Source: Elusimicrobiota bacterium
Lineage (GTDB): Bacteria; Elusimicrobiota; Elusimicrobia; UBA1565; UBA9628
Assembly (NCBI GenBank): GCA_016207665.1
Contig: JACQPG010000055.1
Location: 35,184 to 99,183 of the forward strand
Length of the DNA stretch: 64,000 nucleotides
Direction: 5' to 3'
Positions 27,068-36,241 of the stretch are shown piece by piece. The notes beneath the pieces were generated by a model. That model searched no databases. It was not told the DNA's origin and saw only the letters and a list, made by a program, of their open reading frames with translations. A program made the translations under genes and the position numbers. Position 1 is the stretch's first letter. The number at the start of each line of letters is the position of its first letter.

Positions 27068-28071
27068 AATAGGTTGACCAGCTCGATGCGGTAGACGCGC
27101 TTCTGTCCGCGCCGGAGGGTCTCGACCTTCACGGTGTCGCCCACCTTGTGCTGGTCGAGTATGTTGTAGAGGTCGTCGTAATCGCGCACGGGCTTGCCGT
27201 CCACGGCCACGATCACGTCTCCGAGTATGATGCGCCCGTCGCGCGTCTGGGTGACGCCCTTCATGCCGGCGGCCTCGGCCGGGGAATTGGGATGCACCTC
27301 GCCGACCACCACTCCCTCGACGCGGGCCGGGATGATGCTCACCCCGATGCCCGGCTGAACGGCCCGCCCGTATTTGATGATCTGGGGAACGACGCGCCGT
27401 ATGAAGGTGACCGGCACCGCGAAACCGATGCCGGCCGAGGACCCGCTCCTGCTGTAGATCATGGTGTTCATGCCGATCAGACGGCCGCTCGAGTCGAGCA
27501 GCGGCCCGCCGGAGTTGCCGGGATTGATGGCCGCGTCGGTCTGTATCATGTCCCGGATAGTGACGCCGCCGATACCCTGCACCTGCCTTCCTAAGGCGCT
27601 GACGATGCCCGTGGTCAGTGTGTTGTCCAATCCGAACGGATTGCCGATCGCGATGGCCTTTTGCCCGATCTGCAAAGAGGCCGAATCCCCCAGAGGGATA
27701 GGCCGGAGGCGATGCCCCTTGGGGTCGATCTTCAGCACCGCGATATCCTTCTTCGGCTCGACGCCCACGATGCGGGCCTGGGTCTCGGTCCCGTCCTTGA
27801 GCGTCACGATCAACGGAGTGCGGTTTTGAAGGGCCGAAGCCACCACGTGGAAGTTCGTCACCACATGGCCCTCGCTATCCCAGATAAAGGCGGAGCCCGC
27901 CCCCTGTGGCACCGTGAACTCATCGAGCGTGAAAAAATCCCGGACCACCGTGACGTTGGTGACGAAGAGCACCGAGGGCGAAGCCTCCTGGAACACCTTG
28001 ATGGTATTCTCCTCATCCGGCAGCAGGGCCCAGGCGCGAAGGGCCAAGGCGAGCAAGGCGGCGGCTTTCAT
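27064..28071 (-). CDS. HtrA/DegP-family serine protease with PDZ domain
   Basis: Signal peptide, catalytic motifs TNFHVV (His), DIAVLKI (Asp), GNSGGPLL (Ser), then a PDZ segment. Confidence 0.85.
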   Translation of the reverse strand: MKAAALLALALRAWALLPDEENTIKVFQEASPSVLFVTNVTVVRDFFTLDEFTVPQGAGSAFIWDSEGHVVTNFHVVASALQNRTPLIVTLKDGTETQARIVGVEPKKDIAVLKIDPKGHRLRPIPLGDSASLQIGQKAIAIGNPFGLDNTLTTGIVSALGRQVQGIGGVTIRDMIQTDAAINPGNSGGPLLDSSGRLIGMNTMIYSRSGSSAGIGFAVPVTFIRRVVPQIIKYGRAVQPGIGVSIIPARVEGVVVGEVHPNSPAEAAGMKGVTQTRDGRIILGDVIVAVDGKPVRDYDDLYNILDQHKVGDTVKVETLRRGQKRVYRIELVNLF

Positions 28072-28127
28072 GGCGTCGGCTCGATCATTGGTATCGACGA
28101 TTTTATATAATTTGTCATCCCCAAAGG

Positions 28128-29123
28128 ATGCCGATCATAGCCGACGAGTATGCCTCCCAAGGCCCCTCTTTCATAGCAGACCCGCGCCGCTGCGTGGTGT
28201 GCGGAGGGACGTCCCTGCTCAAAGCCTTCGACTCGACCGAGCCGGCTTTCGCCATGCTGCGCTGCCGGGATTGCGGCCTGGGCAGGACATCCCCGGCGCC
28301 GGCCCCGCATGAGATCGCCCGCTATTATGCCGAGTCCTATTACGGGAAGGAGAACGTGCGATTCAACCCCCTATTCGAGGCGATGACGCGCTGGTTCCAA
28401 AGCCGGCGGGCCGCCGTGCTGCATAATCGCGTGGCCAGAGGCCCGGTGCTAGACGTCGGCTGCGGCCGAGGCTTTCTCTTGAGCTATCTGAGATCTCTCG
28501 GCTACGAGCCCAAGGGCCTCGAATTCTCCGACACCGCGGCCTGGCACGCGCGCAACAAACTGAAGCTGGACGTCGCGACCCAGGACTTCCTGTCGGCGCC
28601 GCTCGAGAAGGAGAGTTTCAACGCCGTCATTTTCTGGCATTCCCTCGAGCATCTGCCCCGTCCGATCGAGGCCATGGAGCGCGCCTACGAGCTGCTGCGC
28701 CCGGGCGGCATGCTGGCCATCGCGGTCCCCAATTCCGAGAGCCTCCAGGCCCGGATCTTCGGCCGGCATTGGTTCCACCTCGACATCCCCCGTCATTATT
28801 TCCATTTCGGGACCGGCTCTCTCGACGCCCTGCTCTCCCGCGGCCGATTCCGCACCGTGCAGCGCGATCACTTCAGTCTCGAGCAAAATCCCTACGGCTG
28901 GCTGCAAAGCCTCTATAACCTCATGGGCTTCAAGAATAATTTCCTCTATTCCCTGCTCAAAAACAGCAGCGCGCGCACCATCGAGATCCGTGGGCATCTG
29001 CTCCAGACCGCCCTGGTTTTGGCCCTGCTGCCGCCTCTGCTCGTCCTGAGCTTGCTCATGACTCTCCTGGAGGCGGGCCTGCGCCGGGGCGGCACCATCG
29101 AGGTGTACGCGATCAAGGAATGA
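28128..29123 (+). CDS. Class I SAM-dependent methyltransferase with N-terminal Cys4 zinc-ribbon
   Basis: CVVCGG...CRDCG zinc ribbon, SAM motif I VLDVGCGRGFLL, motif post-I and LRPGGMLAI. Confidence 0.75.
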   Translation: MPIIADEYASQGPSFIADPRRCVVCGGTSLLKAFDSTEPAFAMLRCRDCGLGRTSPAPAPHEIARYYAESYYGKENVRFNPLFEAMTRWFQSRRAAVLHNRVARGPVLDVGCGRGFLLSYLRSLGYEPKGLEFSDTAAWHARNKLKLDVATQDFLSAPLEKESFNAVIFWHSLEHLPRPIEAMERAYELLRPGGMLAIAVPNSESLQARIFGRHWFHLDIPRHYFHFGTGSLDALLSRGRFRTVQRDHFSLEQNPYGWLQSLYNLMGFKNNFLYSLLKNSSARTIEIRGHLLQTALVLALLPPLLVLSLLMTLLEAGLRRGGTIEVYAIKE

Positions 29124-30622
29124 ACTCTCGTGCCACGCTTCCAGCCGCCCCGATCGCGCCGGCTCAGTCCGCGGCCGGCCGTGACGCTCGTGCCTGGCTG
29201 CTCGCCATCGCGCTGGGCGTCTCGGTGCTGTCCCATCTTAAGGGCGTCTATTCCCCCCCGCTCGACTATCACCACCATCGACAGATCAATACCAGCGCGA
29301 TCGCGCGCAACTATCATCGAGGCGGCCTGGACCTGCTTCATCCCAAGATCGATTGGGAAGGCGACTATCAGGGCCACGCCGCCACGGAAATGCCCCTGTA
29401 CATGTGGCTCATGGGCCTGCTTTGGCCCTTCTTAGGCCTAGGCGAGCTTTGGGGGCGCTGGCTCTCCATCGCTTCATCGGCTCTGACCGCCCTATATCTC
29501 TTCAAGTTGTGCGAAAGGCGCCTGGGCCAGGAACCCGCCTTTTACGCCTCCGTGTTCTTTTCCTGCCTGCCGCTGGAGATCTATTTCGGGCGCAACATAC
29601 AGCCGGACGCCTTCGCCCTCTTGGGCGGGATAGCCGCCCTTTACCATTGGGACCGCTGGCTCTCCGGCGCGCCGCCATGGCATTGGCTTGCCTCCGTGAT
29701 CGCGGTCGCGCTCTCCATAGGCCATAAGCTGCCTCATGCCTATATCCTGGGCCCTCTGGCGGCGCTGGTCTGGGCACGCATGGGCTGGAGAGGCCTGCTG
29801 CGGCCTGGAACGATGCTGGCCCTGGCCCTATCCTTCGGCGGAGTGCTGGCCTGGTATCGCCATGCCAGCACCGGGACTTTCGTGGTGCCCACGCGCTGGA
29901 CCGAATTCGCGATACTGCTGGAGTACGACCGCCTGCCTTACAATATCTGGCATCAGTTCTCCTCCCGATTTCCCGAGCTGTCCTCGACCTACGGGGGCTT
30001 GGCGCTCGCGGCCGTAGGCGCCCGTGAGCTCTTCTGGCGCAAGCCCGACCCGCTGTTCTTGAGCTGGTTCGCCTCCGTGGCCGGCTCGCTGATCATGGCC
30101 TGCGGCTACAGCTACCATCACGAGTATTCCTCCCTGCCGTTCACCCCGGTCAACGCGGCGCTCATGGGCTTGGGATTGTTCAAGCTCAAGCTCGCCGCGA
30201 GCGCGCCCGGCGCGCGGCGCTGGGCCCTGGCGGGAGTCGCGGCCCTGGCCCTTTCCGTGCCCGCGCACGGCTTCTTGCGCATCCGGCATTGGTATCGCAA
30301 CAACTTCCCTTTTTTGGCCCATGCGGGGGCCGCCGCCGATGCCGTGAGCCGACCGACCGATCTCTTCGTCTGCAACGATCGCACGGCTTCGACCTATCTC
30401 TATTACCTGGACCGCAAGGGCTGGGGCTGGGACTTGAGAGAGGCCGGCGAGGCCAGCCTGGCCCAGGTCGATTCCTTGTCTAGGCGCAGAGCCCGCTTCT
30501 ACATGACGCGCAAGGACGAGCTATTCCTGTCCCGTGACAATCCCTACGCGCGCCACTTTTACGGCCGTTATCCAGTTGTCTACGACCGGGACGATATACT
30601 AATCTTCCAGCTGGGGAAATGA
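29120..30622 (+). CDS. GT-C superfamily glycosyltransferase (ArnT/PMT-like, GT39/GT83-type) polytopic membrane protein
   Basis: 500 aa with about 10-12 hydrophobic helices, Pro/aromatic-rich periplasmic loops and a C-terminal soluble domain. ATGA overlaps with the upstream MTase gene and the downstream receiver gene. Confidence 0.55.
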   Translation: MNSRATLPAAPIAPAQSAAGRDARAWLLAIALGVSVLSHLKGVYSPPLDYHHHRQINTSAIARNYHRGGLDLLHPKIDWEGDYQGHAATEMPLYMWLMGLLWPFLGLGELWGRWLSIASSALTALYLFKLCERRLGQEPAFYASVFFSCLPLEIYFGRNIQPDAFALLGGIAALYHWDRWLSGAPPWHWLASVIAVALSIGHKLPHAYILGPLAALVWARMGWRGLLRPGTMLALALSFGGVLAWYRHASTGTFVVPTRWTEFAILLEYDRLPYNIWHQFSSRFPELSSTYGGLALAAVGARELFWRKPDPLFLSWFASVAGSLIMACGYSYHHEYSSLPFTPVNAALMGLGLFKLKLAASAPGARRWALAGVAALALSVPAHGFLRIRHWYRNNFPFLAHAGAAADAVSRPTDLFVCNDRTASTYLYYLDRKGWGWDLREAGEASLAQVDSLSRRRARFYMTRKDELFLSRDNPYARHFYGRYPVVYDRDDILIFQLGK

Positions 30623-31041
30623 TGTTAGGCAAACTCTTGGGGTTGGGCGAAAAGAAGCGCGAGCGACCGCTGGTACTGCATGTCGACGATCATCCCGGAG
30701 TCGTGGAGATCGTCCGCGCCATGCTCGAGCAGCTCGGCTGCGAGGTGACGACGGCCCTCAACGGCATGGACGCGCTCAAGCTCGCTGAAAAGGAAAAACC
30801 CGACCTGATCTTGCTCGACATCATGATGCCCGGCATGGACGGGTTCATGACCCTGGCCGAGCTCAAGAAGAACTCCTCGACCAAGGACATCCCGGTGATG
30901 ATGGTCACGGCCGTAGACCTGGTCAAGAACATCGAAAAGGCCAAGGAAATGGGCGCCGTCGACTATATCGTCAAACCCGTGATGATCGATCGGCTCAAGG
31001 CCAAGATCGAGACCGTCATCCCCCTCCCCAAGGCCTCCTAG
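30619..31041 (+). CDS. Stand-alone CheY-like response-regulator receiver domain
   Basis: Phospho-acceptor context LILLDIMMPGMDG, upstream acidic pair HVDDHPG, T (MMVTAV) and K (YIVKP) conserved positions. 140 aa with no output domain. Confidence 0.85.
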   Translation: MMLGKLLGLGEKKRERPLVLHVDDHPGVVEIVRAMLEQLGCEVTTALNGMDALKLAEKEKPDLILLDIMMPGMDGFMTLAELKKNSSTKDIPVMMVTAVDLVKNIEKAKEMGAVDYIVKPVMIDRLKAKIETVIPLPKAS

Positions 31042-31076
31042 GCCTGCCCGGAGTGGCTCGACTATCCTCCGCGTGA

Positions 31077-31111
31077 TTTTTTAGAAGTGCCATTTTGGCA
31101 CTTCTAAAAAA
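31077..31111. repeat. Perfect AT-rich 16-bp inverted repeat (palindrome) TTTTTTAGAAGTGCCA-ttt-TGGCACTTCTAAAAAA
   Basis: Read directly from sequence. Lies between the convergent receiver gene and GT-C gene. The T-run is 5' and the A-run 3' on both strands, so it is not a canonical intrinsic terminator. Confidence 0.6.
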
Positions 31112-31190
31112 CCAGCCCTGGGCGAGGGGTCCTGGCGCGCGCTCAATCCGACCGCCGTCCGATTCGCGGGCCAGTCTTATCATGAGCGGA

Positions 31191-33347
31191 TCAAGGGATG
31201 GTCAGCCGGCCCTGGGAAAGGGTGAGTCCCGGCAGATCGATCCAGAACGGGGTCTCGGAGGTGGGCGACAAAGGTATCCTGATCGAGCGCCAGCGCCCCA
31301 AGGCCCAGCCAGGGACAGGGGTGATGCCGATCCTGGCCGATTCGACATTCGCCGTCAGGGCATCGCCTTCCCGTCGCAGGGAAAGCGCCAAGGCCAGGGA
31401 GACGCCCTTCCAGGCCCCCGAGGCCCTCACCCCATCTTCGATGTGCAGTCGGTCTATCTTAAGCCCTCGAAGACGCTTCTCCAGGAAAACTCTCAATCCT
31501 TCCTCGGTGATCTCGGCGGATCGGAGCTTGAGCCGCTTGAGCCGCAGCAGCCGCGGCTCCTCCCATGCAGGCGATCCCACGGAGGAAGCGGAAACCAGTC
31601 TCAGGCCCTCGAACTCGAGCTTGGGATGGAGTATCTCCAGGCCCCGCAATTGGATGGACTCGGCCTCGAGCCCGGCCCTCTGGTACATCCCGTCCGCTTG
31701 AGACCATTTCTCCACCCACAATCTGATCTTGCGGGCCTCGACCCGGCCTATCTCGTAGAAATCGAAGCGCGCGTCGCCCTCGCGGAAAGGAGGTTTTTTC
31801 GGAGATGCCTGCTCGTAAAGCACCGCCTCCGAGCCGTCGGGAAGATCCCAGCCCTTGACCGGCCGGTAGGCCTTGGAGAACCAGGAGCTTTCGTCCTGAA
31901 TGAGGGCGGCGGCCGCGGGCAGGCCGCCGATGACGCCGGCAGGGCCTAGCGGCGCTCCCTTGAGCACCACGAATTCGGAAAGCTCGCTGAGCCGGCTGTT
32001 GACCCCCCTGATCCTCACCGTCGCCAGGCCCAGCTGCTTGGCGGTCCACGTGAAATTGGGGCCGTTGAAACGCGGCGCGTTGGCCACGAGAGTGAGGTTG
32101 GCCACGGGGCGGTCTTGAGGCGCCCTCCTTTGGGCCTCGCTCAAGATATCCGCTATCTTCCAGTCTTGAGACTCGGGCGGCGAGCTGGGAAACACGGTCG
32201 CCTGGAAGGGAAGCGGCAGCTCTAAGCCCCGCGTCCAACCCAGCATGTGGTTGGCGCCGCCCAGGCATTGTATGAGCGCCAAGGCCCAGATCGCTTGCGG
32301 CGGCCAAGCTCGAACCGCGGCTAAGGCCAGGCCGAGCAGCCCCGGCAAGAGAAAGCGCATCTGCCTGTTCGGGACCAGCGCCCAGAACAGATAGGAGCTC
32401 AAGACCCAAGCGATCACCGTCATCTCCTTATCGCGATGCTCGTCATGGCGGGGCATGCACAGCCCGGCCCAGCCGGCCAGCCAAAACAGGGGCCCTAGAT
32501 CCGTGAACGCCTGGAGCAAATAGGTGAAAAGGGCCGTCCCCTGCCAAAAAGGCACGGCCGAGTCGGCGGAGGCCTGCACCAAGCGCGGCAAGAGCACGGG
32601 AAGATGGGTCAGATACCATGGCGCGAAACCCGCCGCGGCTATGCCGGCGGCGGCGAGAATCTTGCCGCGACAGCGCCTCTCCGTGATCCCCAAAAAAGCG
32701 TCGTAATAGGCCGGGAGGAAATAAGCGAAGAAACTCCACTTATGCATCATGCCCAAGGCGAAAAGGGCGCCGAAAGCCAAAGAGGGCCGCCAGCGCGAGA
32801 ACTTGTCCGAGCGCAAATAGGCCCAATAGGCGGCGGCGACGAGGGCCGCCACGGAAAGGTCTATGAGCTGGCTGCACAGCAGGGATTGGACCGCGGGCGA
32901 GGCCCCGATGAGCAAGGCGGCGGCAAGCGCGATGCCCGGGCTGGAGAACTCGGTGACCAAGCCGAAAAGGCAGAGTATCAGCGCCGCGAAATAGATCCAG
33001 TTGAGCCAAAGCCCATTGCCGAGCGGATTGTCGCTACCGTAGGCCGCGGCCAGGCCCAGATGATACAAGGGCGGGAAGGGAGGCATCCCCGGCTTGGGAG
33101 GGAGATTCCACATGTCTGCCCAGCGTCCCTCGGAGATGGCGCGGCTGTAATCCAGGGCGATCTCCATGTGTATGGCCTCGTCCCAGCGAGGAGGCCTGGT
33201 TTCGGAGCGGATATAGAGGGCTAAGAGCCAGGCCTGGAAGGCCAAAAAAAGGACCGCTCCGCCCAAGGCCCAGGCAAGGGCCCTCTTTCCTCGGCGTCTG
33301 GCCGCTTCTTCGGGATCCGGAAGGGGCTTGGGCATGGGAAATCGCAT
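31191..33347 (-). CDS. Large GT-C superfamily glycosyltransferase (ArnT/PMT-like) with C-terminal periplasmic domain
   Basis: 718 aa. First periplasmic loop RWDEAIHMEIALDY (DE..H/Y motif of the ArnT/PMT family), more than 10 TM helices, ~300-aa C-terminal soluble region. Confidence 0.6.
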   Translation of the reverse strand: MRFPMPKPLPDPEEAARRRGKRALAWALGGAVLFLAFQAWLLALYIRSETRPPRWDEAIHMEIALDYSRAISEGRWADMWNLPPKPGMPPFPPLYHLGLAAAYGSDNPLGNGLWLNWIYFAALILCLFGLVTEFSSPGIALAAALLIGASPAVQSLLCSQLIDLSVAALVAAAYWAYLRSDKFSRWRPSLAFGALFALGMMHKWSFFAYFLPAYYDAFLGITERRCRGKILAAAGIAAAGFAPWYLTHLPVLLPRLVQASADSAVPFWQGTALFTYLLQAFTDLGPLFWLAGWAGLCMPRHDEHRDKEMTVIAWVLSSYLFWALVPNRQMRFLLPGLLGLALAAVRAWPPQAIWALALIQCLGGANHMLGWTRGLELPLPFQATVFPSSPPESQDWKIADILSEAQRRAPQDRPVANLTLVANAPRFNGPNFTWTAKQLGLATVRIRGVNSRLSELSEFVVLKGAPLGPAGVIGGLPAAAALIQDESSWFSKAYRPVKGWDLPDGSEAVLYEQASPKKPPFREGDARFDFYEIGRVEARKIRLWVEKWSQADGMYQRAGLEAESIQLRGLEILHPKLEFEGLRLVSASSVGSPAWEEPRLLRLKRLKLRSAEITEEGLRVFLEKRLRGLKIDRLHIEDGVRASGAWKGVSLALALSLRREGDALTANVESARIGITPVPGWALGRWRSIRIPLSPTSETPFWIDLPGLTLSQGRLTIP

Positions 33348-33394
33348 TCTATATGAATTTGGTACAATTCCGCCATTAAAGAGGGAACGGGACG

Positions 33395-34459
33395 ATGATA
33401 GCGCTGATCCTGATAGGAGGCCTGGGCACCCGCCTGCGCCCCTTCACTTGCCGGACCCCCAAGCCGCTGTTGCCCCTTTTAAATAAGCCTTTTCTCCAAT
33501 ATCAATTCGATTTGCTCAAGGCTCACGGGATACGCGAAACAGTGCTATGCACCTCCTATCGCGCGGAGGACTTCCGAAAGCTCGACCCCAAGATGACGGG
33601 CGTGCGTCTCCGTTTTATTCACGAAAAGTCGCCTCTAGGAACCGGCGGAGCCGTCAAGAACGCCGAAGGCTTGTTGCGCGGCGGCGAGCCCGTGCTGATC
33701 ATGAACGGCGACATACTCCATGCCCTGGATATTCGAGGATTCCTGAAATCCCATCAGAACAGGCGCGCCGAGGTCAGCATCGCCTTGACGCGGGTCAAGG
33801 ACCCCACTCTATACGGCCTGGTCCAAACCGATGAGAGCGGCCGCATCACGCGTTTCTTGGAGAAACCCTCCTGGGACGAGATCGAGTCCAATACCATCAA
33901 CGCCGGCGCCTATATCTTCGAGCCTCAAGTGCTCGAGCTCATGCCCGCCGGCATCCCTTATTCGCTCGAGCGCGCCCTGTTTCCCAAGCTGCTGGAGGAC
34001 GGACGCCACGTGTTCGGTTTCGTCTCCCAGGGATATTGGATGGACATCGGGACCCTGGAAAGCTATCTCCAGGTGCATCTCGACATCCTGGGCGGCAAGA
34101 CGCCTTTCGCGCCTCGCGCGGCCTCGCGCAAGACCGGCCTGCTGCTCGAGAAAGGCGTCAAGCTGGGGCGCGAGCTGACCCTGGGCTCCAACGGCGATCG
34201 CGTTCTGGTCGGCCGGGGCACCGTGATCGGAGATTTCGCCCGCTTTTCCGGCAACGTCTGCATCGGCTCCCAATGCCGCATCGGCAAGGGAGCCTTGCTG
34301 TCGGAATGCGTGGTGCTGGAAGGCACGATCATCGGGGATGGCGCGCGGCTCGAACGTTGCCTGGTCGGGCCCGGCTGCCGCATCGGCGCTCAAGCCGTGA
34401 TCACCCAGAAAACCGCGCTGGCCGGGGGATCCTCGGTCGAGCCATTCTCTCACCTATGA
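33395..34459 (+). CDS. Sugar-1-phosphate nucleotidyltransferase with C-terminal left-handed beta-helix (mannose-1-phosphate guanylyltransferase-like)
   Basis: N-terminal motif LILIGGLGTRLRPFT..PKPLLP. C-terminal hexapeptide repeats VIGDFARFSGNVCIGSQCRIGKGALLSECVVLEG. Confidence 0.8.
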   Translation: MIALILIGGLGTRLRPFTCRTPKPLLPLLNKPFLQYQFDLLKAHGIRETVLCTSYRAEDFRKLDPKMTGVRLRFIHEKSPLGTGGAVKNAEGLLRGGEPVLIMNGDILHALDIRGFLKSHQNRRAEVSIALTRVKDPTLYGLVQTDESGRITRFLEKPSWDEIESNTINAGAYIFEPQVLELMPAGIPYSLERALFPKLLEDGRHVFGFVSQGYWMDIGTLESYLQVHLDILGGKTPFAPRAASRKTGLLLEKGVKLGRELTLGSNGDRVLVGRGTVIGDFARFSGNVCIGSQCRIGKGALLSECVVLEGTIIGDGARLERCLVGPGCRIGAQAVITQKTALAGGSSVEPFSHL

Positions 34460-34809
34460 AAAGAGCGCCCATTAAGGTGGTGAAGAAGCCTTGGGGCCGC
34501 GAAATCTGGTACGCTCTTCATTCGAGTTACGTAGGCAAGATCCTGGTCATTGAGAAGGGCAAGAGACTCAGCCGGCAGTATCATAAAGTCAAGCACGAGA
34601 CCATCTACGCCCTCAAGGGAGATTTCCATCTCGAGCTCGGCCGCTGGAAGGGCCGGCAGCGCCAAGGCAGCGCCGCGGTGATCCCTCCGGGCACCGTGCA
34701 TCGCTTCGAGGCGCGCTACAGCCGGGTTACGCTCCTGGAGGTCTCTACGCCGCAGCTCCAAGACGTGGTGAGGCTTTCGGACGACTACGGCCGAGTCAAA
34801 AAACGCTAG
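34456..34809 (+). CDS. Cupin-domain protein (type II mannose-6-phosphate isomerase C-terminal-domain-like)
   Basis: 117 aa, MKRAPIKVVKKPWGREIWYA...SRQYHKVKHETIYALKG...PPGTVHRFEA. ATGA overlap with the upstream NTase gene. Confidence 0.7.
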   Translation: MKRAPIKVVKKPWGREIWYALHSSYVGKILVIEKGKRLSRQYHKVKHETIYALKGDFHLELGRWKGRQRQGSAAVIPPGTVHRFEARYSRVTLLEVSTPQLQDVVRLSDDYGRVKKR

Positions 34810-34818
34810 GAAGGTATC

Positions 34819-36237
34819 ATGGAAAAGACCGTTGAGATCAAGTTCGGGACGGATGGCTGGCGCGGCGTCATGGCCCGTGACTTCACTTTCGAGAACGTGC
34901 GGCGCGTCGCCCAGGCCATCGCCGACTACGTCAAGGACGAGAAGTCGCCCAAGAAGAAGCCCTTCGGCGCCGCCCCCATAGTCATCGGTTATGACCGGCG
35001 CTTCCAGTCCGACGCCTTCGCCCGCGAGATCGCCAAGGTGCTCCAGGGGAATCGCTTGAATCCGGTGGTGCTCTCGGAGCCGCTGCCCACCCCCGCGATC
35101 AGCTTCCTGACGCGCAAGCTCAAGGCCCTGGGCATCATGGTCACCGCCAGCCATAACCCTCCGACCTATAACGGCATCAAGATCAAATGGGACGGCCGGG
35201 CCGTGCTGGAGGGGATCACCTCGGGCGTCGAAGGCTGGCTCGACAAGAGCGTGCCCACCCGCAGCAACGAGTTCAAGGAAAAGTCTTACCGGGACGTGTA
35301 TCTCCAATACCTGGCTTCGCGCTTCAACCTTTCCGCCATCAAGTCCAAGCTCAAGCGCACGGTAGTGGTCGACTATCTTTATGGCGCTGCCGCCGGACTG
35401 CTCGAGGAGCTGGTCCCCAGCAAGCATATACTGCCCATCCATGACCGGCATGATCCACTTTTCGGCGGCCTGCACCCCGAGCCGATCGAGCCCTATCTCA
35501 AGGAGCTGATGGAACGGGTCAAGTCGGAGAAAGCCCTGATCGGCATCGCGCTCGACGGCGACGCGGACCGGGTCGGCATCGTTGACGAGACGGGACGCTA
35601 CTTCACGCCCTGCCAGGTCTTCCCCATCATCATCAATTACCTTCTCGAGCACAAGAAGATCAAAGGCAAGATCGTGCAGTCGGTGTCCATGGGCTATCTC
35701 TCGGCGCGCATCGCCAAGGCCCACGACATCCCGTTCGAGGAGGTGCCCGTGGGCTTCAAGCACGTGGCCGATCAGCTGGCCAGCGAGACCGCCGTCATCG
35801 GCGGCGAGGAATCAGGCGGCTACGCCTGGAAGGGCGGCCTGCCCGAGCGGGACGGGCTGGTGACCGCCCTGCTTTTCCTCGAAATGTGCACGACGCTCGG
35901 AAAGACCCCCTCCCAGCTCTGGAAGGCCGTCGAGTCCAAGCACGGCAAATCCGTGTTCAAGCGGGTGGACTTCAGGCTGCACAAGGCCTTCGGGGATAAG
36001 GTCTCCTTCGCAGCCAAGATCACCAAGAAGCTCCCCAAAAAGGTCCTGGGCACCGAGATACGCGAGACCATGGCCTTCGACGGGCTCAAGGTGATACTGA
36101 CGGATGATCATTGGCTGCTCATGCGTCCCTCGGGCACCGAGCCCCTGCTTCGGGTCTACGCGGAATCGGACTCGGAGAAGCGGACCGATGAGCTGATCGA
36201 ATTGGCCAAGAAATGGGTGGGACCCAGCCTGAGTTAG
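34819..36237 (+). CDS. Phosphomannomutase/phosphoglucomutase (alpha-D-phosphohexomutase family)
   Basis: Active-site Ser loop TASHNPPTYNGIK, metal loop DGDADR, sugar-binding GGEESGG, phosphate-binding RPSGTEP. Confidence 0.9.
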   Translation: MEKTVEIKFGTDGWRGVMARDFTFENVRRVAQAIADYVKDEKSPKKKPFGAAPIVIGYDRRFQSDAFAREIAKVLQGNRLNPVVLSEPLPTPAISFLTRKLKALGIMVTASHNPPTYNGIKIKWDGRAVLEGITSGVEGWLDKSVPTRSNEFKEKSYRDVYLQYLASRFNLSAIKSKLKRTVVVDYLYGAAAGLLEELVPSKHILPIHDRHDPLFGGLHPEPIEPYLKELMERVKSEKALIGIALDGDADRVGIVDETGRYFTPCQVFPIIINYLLEHKKIKGKIVQSVSMGYLSARIAKAHDIPFEEVPVGFKHVADQLASETAVIGGEESGGYAWKGGLPERDGLVTALLFLEMCTTLGKTPSQLWKAVESKHGKSVFKRVDFRLHKAFGDKVSFAAKITKKLPKKVLGTEIRETMAFDGLKVILTDDHWLLMRPSGTEPLLRVYAESDSEKRTDELIELAKKWVGPSLS

Positions 36238-36241
36238 CCCC

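Noticed and set aside
31090-31115. Sigma54 promoter because of TGGCAC in the palindrome
   Set aside because: No TTGC -12 element at the required 4-5 nt spacing on either strand.
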